Assembly (NCBI GenBank): GCA_951406725.2
Contig: OX597830.1
Coordinates: 61,690,001 to 61,754,000, forward strand
Length of the DNA: 64,000 nt
Origin: Octopus vulgaris
Taxonomy: Eukaryota
Direction: 5' to 3'
This document shows, one piece after another, positions 55,501-64,000 of this stretch (the first letter of the stretch is position 1; the number at the start of each line of letters is the position of its first letter). A program made the translations under genes and the position numbers. The notes beneath the pieces are model-generated. The model was given only the letters and a program-made list of their open reading frames with translations. It ran no database searches and was not told the DNA's origin.

Positions 55501-56446
55501 AACCACAAAATCAGCAGTTAGAAAATGTGGAAAGCCCAACTGCGGAATCTGTGTCATCTTGGTAAAAGGTTCAGAATTCATATTAGAACAAGGCCATCAG
55601 TTTACCATCAGAACAAACTTCACCTGTGCATCAAAAAACTTAATTTACGTGTTAACATGCGCAGGGTGCAATAGGCAGTATATTGGCCATACAAAAAACA
55701 ACCTACGAAAAAGGATGGCGGTTCATAAATCCCAAATTAGGAATCCTGAATACAGGAAAATACCAGTCAGTGGACACATAGATAGATGTGCTTCAAATAA
55801 AAATCCCAAATTCACAACTTTCCAACTTTACAAATTCAGTGACAGCGTAACCTTCACTCAACGCCAAAATAAAGAACTTTATTTTATTAGAAAATTCGGA
55901 CCAAGTTTGAACACCTTGGGCTAGGAACATTAAAACAATATATTGGTCTTCCGAAAAGAAAAATGGAATTCTACCACTACCACCACGATCATTACTACTG
56001 CTGCTACTATTACTACTACTACACCCACCATGGTCACTACTATTACTACTACGATCAACAGTCTTCCACTGCTGCCGCTGCTGCTACTGCCACAGCTAGG
56101 CTACTGCTACAACCTACGAGCTGCTGCAACCCCAACCACCACCACCACCACGGTTACTACTACTACGACCAACAGTCACTACTGCTACTGACATTTCAGC
56201 CACTGACCATTACCTTAGTTTTATTCGAACACACAAGACAGCTATTATGCTCACTCCCCACAAAAAAAACAACCACGTGGATTCTGTTGAGACCAGTAAG
56301 AAACAATTATGAACTTTTTATTACACTTACCTTTTTAAAATATTTTTGATAAGGTTCGTTTTTTCAATAAGAACCGAAACATGTAAAATTTCTAAGAAAA
56401 TTAAAATTTGTCTTATATAGTGGCGTTTTCAAACTTCTTTTTTATA

Positions 56447-56448
<2 letters not shown>
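52531..56448 (+). mobile_element. Near full-length Penelope-like element (Neptune-type), decayed, in (TA)n
   Basis: INLSNKEFT..LSKGLKFTPTP, KEADKGN, FYGIPKVHK, LRPIIAG, GTAMGT, RYLDD, CGKPNCGIC, NLIYVLTCAGCNRQYIGHT (GIY-YIG with CxxC); multiple stops and frameshifts. Confidence 0.93.
56342..56389 (+). ncRNA. Degenerate hammerhead in the 3' pLTR of the Neptune-type element
   Basis: ATTT-TTGATAA-GGTTC..GAACC-GAAA-CAT-GTA-AAAT: stems I and II and palindromic ACATGT intact; core has 2 changes from CTGATGA. Confidence 0.62.
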
Positions 56449-56503
<55 letters not shown>

Positions 56504-56555
56504 CAATGAACGTCAGTGTGTGTGTGTGTGTGTGTTTGTCTATATTATAAACATA

Positions 56556-58720
<2,165 letters not shown>

Positions 58721-58729
58721 TTCAATACA

Positions 58730-60752
58730 CTCTCATCAAAAAATGGAGAGTGTACAGATGAAAAGTTGATACCAGATAACATTGAAAGTCAAAGGTCTTG
58801 GAGTGACATAGACAAGAAGGATGCTGAATGGTTGCAAACAGTAGGCTGTCCAAAAGAGGCAGAACTAGTCATTTCAGTTAGGGAAGTAAAGGAAATCAGC
58901 AAAAATATGAGCTATGAGCAACTGGAAGGCTCCGGGACCAGATGGAGTTCAAGGGTCCTGGATCAAAAGATTTGGTGAATGTCATGCACGAATAGCTGCT
59001 CAACTCAACACCTTGTTAAATGCCGATCAAGTAACACCAGAGTAACTGGCATTGGGTAGAACAGTGCTGTGCTTGAAAAATATCGAGAAAGGCAATACGG
59101 TAGACAATTACAGGCCGATATCCTGTTTGCCACTTATGTGGAAATTATTGACTCGAATACTCGAATATTCGTACATTGCAGAGTCAATGTACTAATATCT
59201 GGGGGGAAATGGAGTCCTACCACATGAGCTGATGGGTTGCAAGCGTAAGTGCAGAGGTACCAAGGATCAACTCCTGATAGACAAAACTGTACTTAGAGAC
59301 TGCAAGAGGAGGAAAAGTAACTTAGCCATGTCATGGATCGACTATCGTAAGGCGAACGATATGATTCCACATTCTTGGATTATGCAATGAATGTATGAAC
59401 CTATTTGCTATTGCATCGAATGTTGAGCGATTGCTTAGAAAAAGTATGGCGAATTGGAGGACGGACCTGACAGCATCCGGAAGAAGTTTAGGGATAGTGG
59501 AAATCAGGAGGGGCATCTTCCAAGGGGTCTGCTCGTCCCCACATATCTTTGTACTGTGCTTGATAACACTAACATTGATTCTGAGGAAAGCGAAAGCTGG
59601 GCATGTATTCAAAAGCCACCAGCAAAAAGTCAACCATTTATTATTCATGAATGACCTCAAATTTTATGGTAAAGATGAATCCCAAATCAGTTCCCTCATC
59701 GATACGGAGTATACTTTCAATGCTGATATCAGAATAGAATTCGGACTGAGAAAGTGTCGTATGTTAGTCTTGAAGAAGTTATGAAGCAGATAGAAGAGAC
59801 GGGCTATAAGTACTTGGGAATTTGGGAAATGGATAAATTTATGGAAAAAGAAATTTTAGGTGGAGTACTTGCGCAGATTGAGACTGATCCTTAAGTCGAA
59901 ATTAAACGAACGGAATATGATTGAAGCTATCAACACCTGAGCAGTTTCACTCCTTAGATATGGAGCAGGGGTAATCGCATGGATAGTAGACGAACAAAAC
60001 AGCTTAGACAGAAAGACAAGGATGTTGCTAACTAGATATGGGACACTCCACCTAAAAGGTGACACAGACAGCTTGTATGTACCAAGAGAATGAAGGGGAA
60101 GAGGACTTATTGGATGCGAACACAGTATCAGAGCAGGAGAAAACAACATAGCCTGGTATGTAAAAAATGTCACAGAGCCGATATTATTAGAAGTAAGAAG
60201 GCCAGGCTTGTGTAGGATAAAAGATTGTAAAGATAAAGCATTTGAAAACGAATGAAACTGAAAATAGGTGGGTAAAGAAAAGTATGCATGGACAATTTCA
60301 TAGGAATGTTGAAGATAAGACAGACGGAGATCAAAGATGACTGTGGATGACTAAAAGGGATTTAAAACCGGAAACGGAGGCTCTAATCTGTGCTGCCCAA
60401 GAGCTGACAACAAGGTATGCGATAATGAAGAAAGAAAAGTCGATGGATATGACAGGTTAGCTTGGGAGGTTAAGCAGTTGTGGTCGATGAAAAATGTGGT
60501 AGTAGTACCAATAATTGTCGGGGCCCTGGGAACAGTGAGTAAAAATCTTGAGAAGTACATGGAACAAACAGGAGCTGCAATAAGGATAGAGCACTTGCAA
60601 AAAACAGCACTGCTTGTAACCGCTCGAATACTCCGGATGGTGCTTGAAAAATAAGGGGTGTTACCTCAGTTCACTGGTAGTGAACAGCTGACACCGTAAT
60701 ACATCTCCAGCGTTAGAAGCTGTGCAAAGGCAATAATAATAATGATAATAAT
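58730..60752 (+). mobile_element. 5'-truncated R4/Dong-like non-LTR retrotransposon, decayed
   Basis: [72 protein letters not shown]; (TAA)n tail. Confidence 0.92.
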
Positions 60753-61202
60753 AGGACTACAGCAAATATTCTGCTCAATACCACAGATTTGCTTGTCAGT
60801 TGTTTGACCTTAACCAGTTGAGCATGTCCCTTAGTGGCTGACGATATGTGCATCTCTGGTCACGAGCAAAAGTAGTAGGAGGGCATCATAGCCATGTGTT
60901 GAGAGGGATTCTTTGGAGTTTGAATAATTCACCTCTGGAAACATGGGTGTTTCGTTCAACATCCTTAAACAACCCTTATTCTGGAACCTATTGAGTTACT
61001 CGACCAGAAGAAAGTTCTAACTGGGCTCCACCTGCAAGGTCATGTGCTGTTTTTCTTGATATGAGATCACCATGTCGTGCACATATGGTTGTGATGCATG
61101 TGCCTAGTGTATCCTTATTAGACGGGTTGTCATGATGAGTATACTGGGCTTCGTATATTTTACCCCGGTGTCACTTTGATGTCATGCACTGCTCTCTCAC
61201 TC

Positions 61203-61204
<2 letters not shown>

Positions 61205-61235
<31 letters not shown>

Positions 61236-61293
61236 AAGAAGAAGAAGAAGAAGAAGAAGAAGAAGAAGAAGAAGAAGAAGAAGAAGAAGAAGA
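61205..61293. repeat. (GAA)n microsatellite
   Basis: Seen directly. Confidence 0.97.
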
Positions 61294-61454
61294 AATGGAT
61301 GGAATTAATAAATATTTCCACGCAACGCTACGCGCATTTTCACCGATGACGTGATTTTTGTGACCATAGTCCGCACTCGTGGAATGACTCCAATACAATC
61401 TGTAATATCCATGGACATCAAGTGGGTCATTTCTTCGGGCGATGTTTTTCGGTG

Positions 61455-61900
61455 CAGGCGTGGCTGTATGGTAAGAAGATGGCTTCCCAACCATATGGTT
61501 CCAAGTTCAGTTCCACTGCGTGCCACGTTAGGCATGTGTCATCTACTTTCGCCTCAGGATGACCGAAGCCTTGTGAGTGGATTTGGTAGACGGAAACTGA
61601 AAGACGCCCGTCGTATTTATATATATATATATATATATATTCATTTATTCTTTTACTTGTTTTAGTCATTTGACTGCAGCCATGATGGAGCATCACTTTG
61701 ACTCATTTTTTAAGCCTAGTACTTATTCTATTGGTCACCTTACGTCCCCGTAACTTAGCGGTTCGGCAAAGTGGTCGTTAAAATAAGTACCAGGCTTAAA
61801 ACGATAAGTAGTGGAGTCGATTCATTCGACTAAAAAAAATTCCCCAAGGTGGTGCCCCAGCATGGCCGTAGTCAGATGACTGAAACGAGTACAAATAAAA
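61455..61900. mobile_element. SINE family A (+) interrupted by an opposite-strand tail fragment
   Basis: Head + 61455-61612, tail - ~61650-61735, tail + ~61740-61900. Confidence 0.75.
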
Positions 61901-61924
61901 GATAATACACACCCACACACATAC

Positions 61925-62380
61925 ATCTGCAGACCGCTTCCCGTCTCCTGTTTACCCTCACCTACCACTCCTCCATCCTGCCCCTCCAACGCACCATTCT
62001 CCCAGCCTTCCGGTGACTCCAGTCCGACCCCTCCACCTTGCACATCTTCCCCAACTTACCCTTTCCCGCTTTCAAACGAACACATAACCGCCTTGACCAC
62101 AGTTTCTTCCCTAACTTCCAGCCTGGATTGTTCCCCTATACCCACCCACGCTGCCGCACCTGCATCTACCTTTCCAACACCACCATCTTCAAAGGCACCC
62201 ATCACCGTCCCAGTCACATCACTGACTCCTTTACCTGCACTTCTACTAACATCATTGACTGCATCTCCTGCTTTCTTTGTCCTTCCCTGTACATTGGTCA
62301 AACGGGACGCCGCCTGGCTGACCGGTTCGTGACGCACTTCCGAGACATCAGACTCGGCAACAGCACCCGCGCCGTTTCTG
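61925..62380 (+). mobile_element. Neptune-type PLE GIY-YIG endonuclease fragment
   Basis: PRCRTC..SFTCTSTNII.CISCFLCPSLYIGQTGRRLADRF..H. Confidence 0.85.
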
Positions 62381-63221
62381 CTCTTCTGTTGTCTTATTTA
62401 TATAGTGCTCCTGTGTTGATAATTGGTTAAAACAGTTTTACCAAAGCCACTCGACTCGATCAATGTCTGCAGTTAGCTATTATTAATTGAATTACCATTT
62501 ACTATAATGCCGATACTGAATTCCTATTTCTGTAATATTAACTGATTCAGAAACAAATAGCTCTCTTGAATAGGACACCAGATAATTACATACCAGGTTT
62601 TGTGGAAGAGAGTTTCAATTCAGCTCCTGCGCTCGTCAGATGAGTTGTGGACTTCACAGTTCAGAGCAAAGTGTTCTCACCCTTTACGCAACACAAGTGA
62701 TAAGAAATGAGCCACCTATTCGCGCATCTCACCATTATATGCAATCAAATGCAATAAATACAAAGTTAATATTTTAAAGTATTTAGTATTTATATTATAT
62801 CAGTGGGATCTGACACCAGTTTACTTTCTGTCCATATTAAGTTAGGTGGGGCATAAATAACTCATACTTATCTTATTCATATATTTTATAAAACCGAGAA
62901 TTCGATAATTGGTAAATGCTAGAATACATGCACCATTTATAGACTAATGCTAGATGCACCATTTGCACACTAATATCTTTAGTATATATTCAAACTTATG
63001 TCCATTTCATTAATATATATTATATTAATGAAATGTTTAGCTGCTCGAAGCACTTTTCAAAATAATAAGCTATTTTTGTTTATCATAAAATCTTTCATCT
63101 GTAAATCGGCAGTTCGTTCTTTGTTTATTTACATATGAATTTTATATTAATGAGACCTGTTTACGCTGTGTTGAGTATTGAACAAGAGATACAAACTATC
63201 GATCAGTCAACCAATGGATTA

Positions 63222-63631
63222 CTCTTTTACTCTTTTACTTGTTTCAGTCATTTGACTGCGGCCATGCTGGAGCACTGCCTTTTAATCGAGCAACTCGACC
63301 CCGGGACTTATTCTTTGTAAGACCAGTACTTATTCTATCGGTCTCTTTTGTCGAACCGCTAATTGACGGGGACATAAACACACACACCAGCATCGGTTGT
63401 CAAGCAATGCTAGGGGGACAAACACAGACACACAAACACACACACATACACATACATATATATATATACATATATACGACGGGCTTCTTTCAGTTTCTGT
63501 CTACCAAATCCACTCACAAGGCTTTGGTCGGCCCGAGGCTATAGTAGAAGACACTTGCCCAAGGTGCCACGCAGTGGGACTGAACCCGGAACCATGTGGT
63601 TGGTAAGCAAGCTACTTACCACACAGCCACT
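63222..63631 (-). mobile_element. SINE family A
   Basis: Reverse-complement near-full copy. Confidence 0.9.
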
Positions 63632-63872
63632 CAAATATCTTGGCTAAATAGAATTTTATGTATTTTATGAGTCCACATTACTGAATATCATTAAACGAAA
63701 GGCTGCGTATTCTGCGCGGATGAGACAACGATGTAAAAATGACGTTCGTGTCTTTTTAAAAAGCATTGGCATCCAAAACAGTGAAATTACTTCGGTCGAA
63801 AATGAAACCGTACCACAATCTCCGTTTGTTGGCATCTCATATTCTTATCTTCAGTACTCGGTACTTCATGAT

Positions 63873-64000
63873 AGGCGGTGAGCTGGCAGAGTGGTTAGCA
63901 CGCCGGGCGAAATGCTTAGCGGTATTTCGTCTGCCGTTACGTTGAGAGTTCAAATTCCGCCGAGGTCTACTTTGCCTTTCATCCCTTCGGGGTCGATAAA
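63873..64000 (+). mobile_element. SINE family B (runs off the window)
   Basis: GGCGGTGAGCTGGCAGAG...GAGTTCAAATTCCG...CCCTTCGGGGTCGATAAA. Confidence 0.88.

Overview
Repeat-dominated, AT-rich eukaryotic (metazoan) non-coding DNA. The SINE families and dense (TA)n/(TG)n/(TATG)n/(GATA)n microsatellites suggest an octopus/cephalopod genome (inference). I found no supportable host protein-coding exon; most long ORFs in the track are microsatellite read-throughs. The window is a mosaic of decayed mobile elements: three tRNA-derived SINE families (~25 copies or fragments), RTE, R4/Dong-like and CR1/jockey-like LINE relics, Penelope-like elements (PLEs; Neptune-type and Naiad-type), a full-length mariner plus MITEs, Tc1 and maT relics, four Merlin-like MITEs carrying (CCCTAA)n, a Chapaev-like relic and two Helitrons. 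The most notable signal is a set of type I hammerhead-ribozyme (HHR) motifs, found both in PLE termini and in short non-coding inserts inside TA microsatellites. One family has a conserved non-canonical core (CUGUNGAA). Also notable: an in-frame TGA at a conserved Cys of the Naiad CxCx5C motif, an intron-containing Tc1, and a Helitron whose empty site is preserved in a tandem duplicate. Boundaries of decayed elements are approximate.
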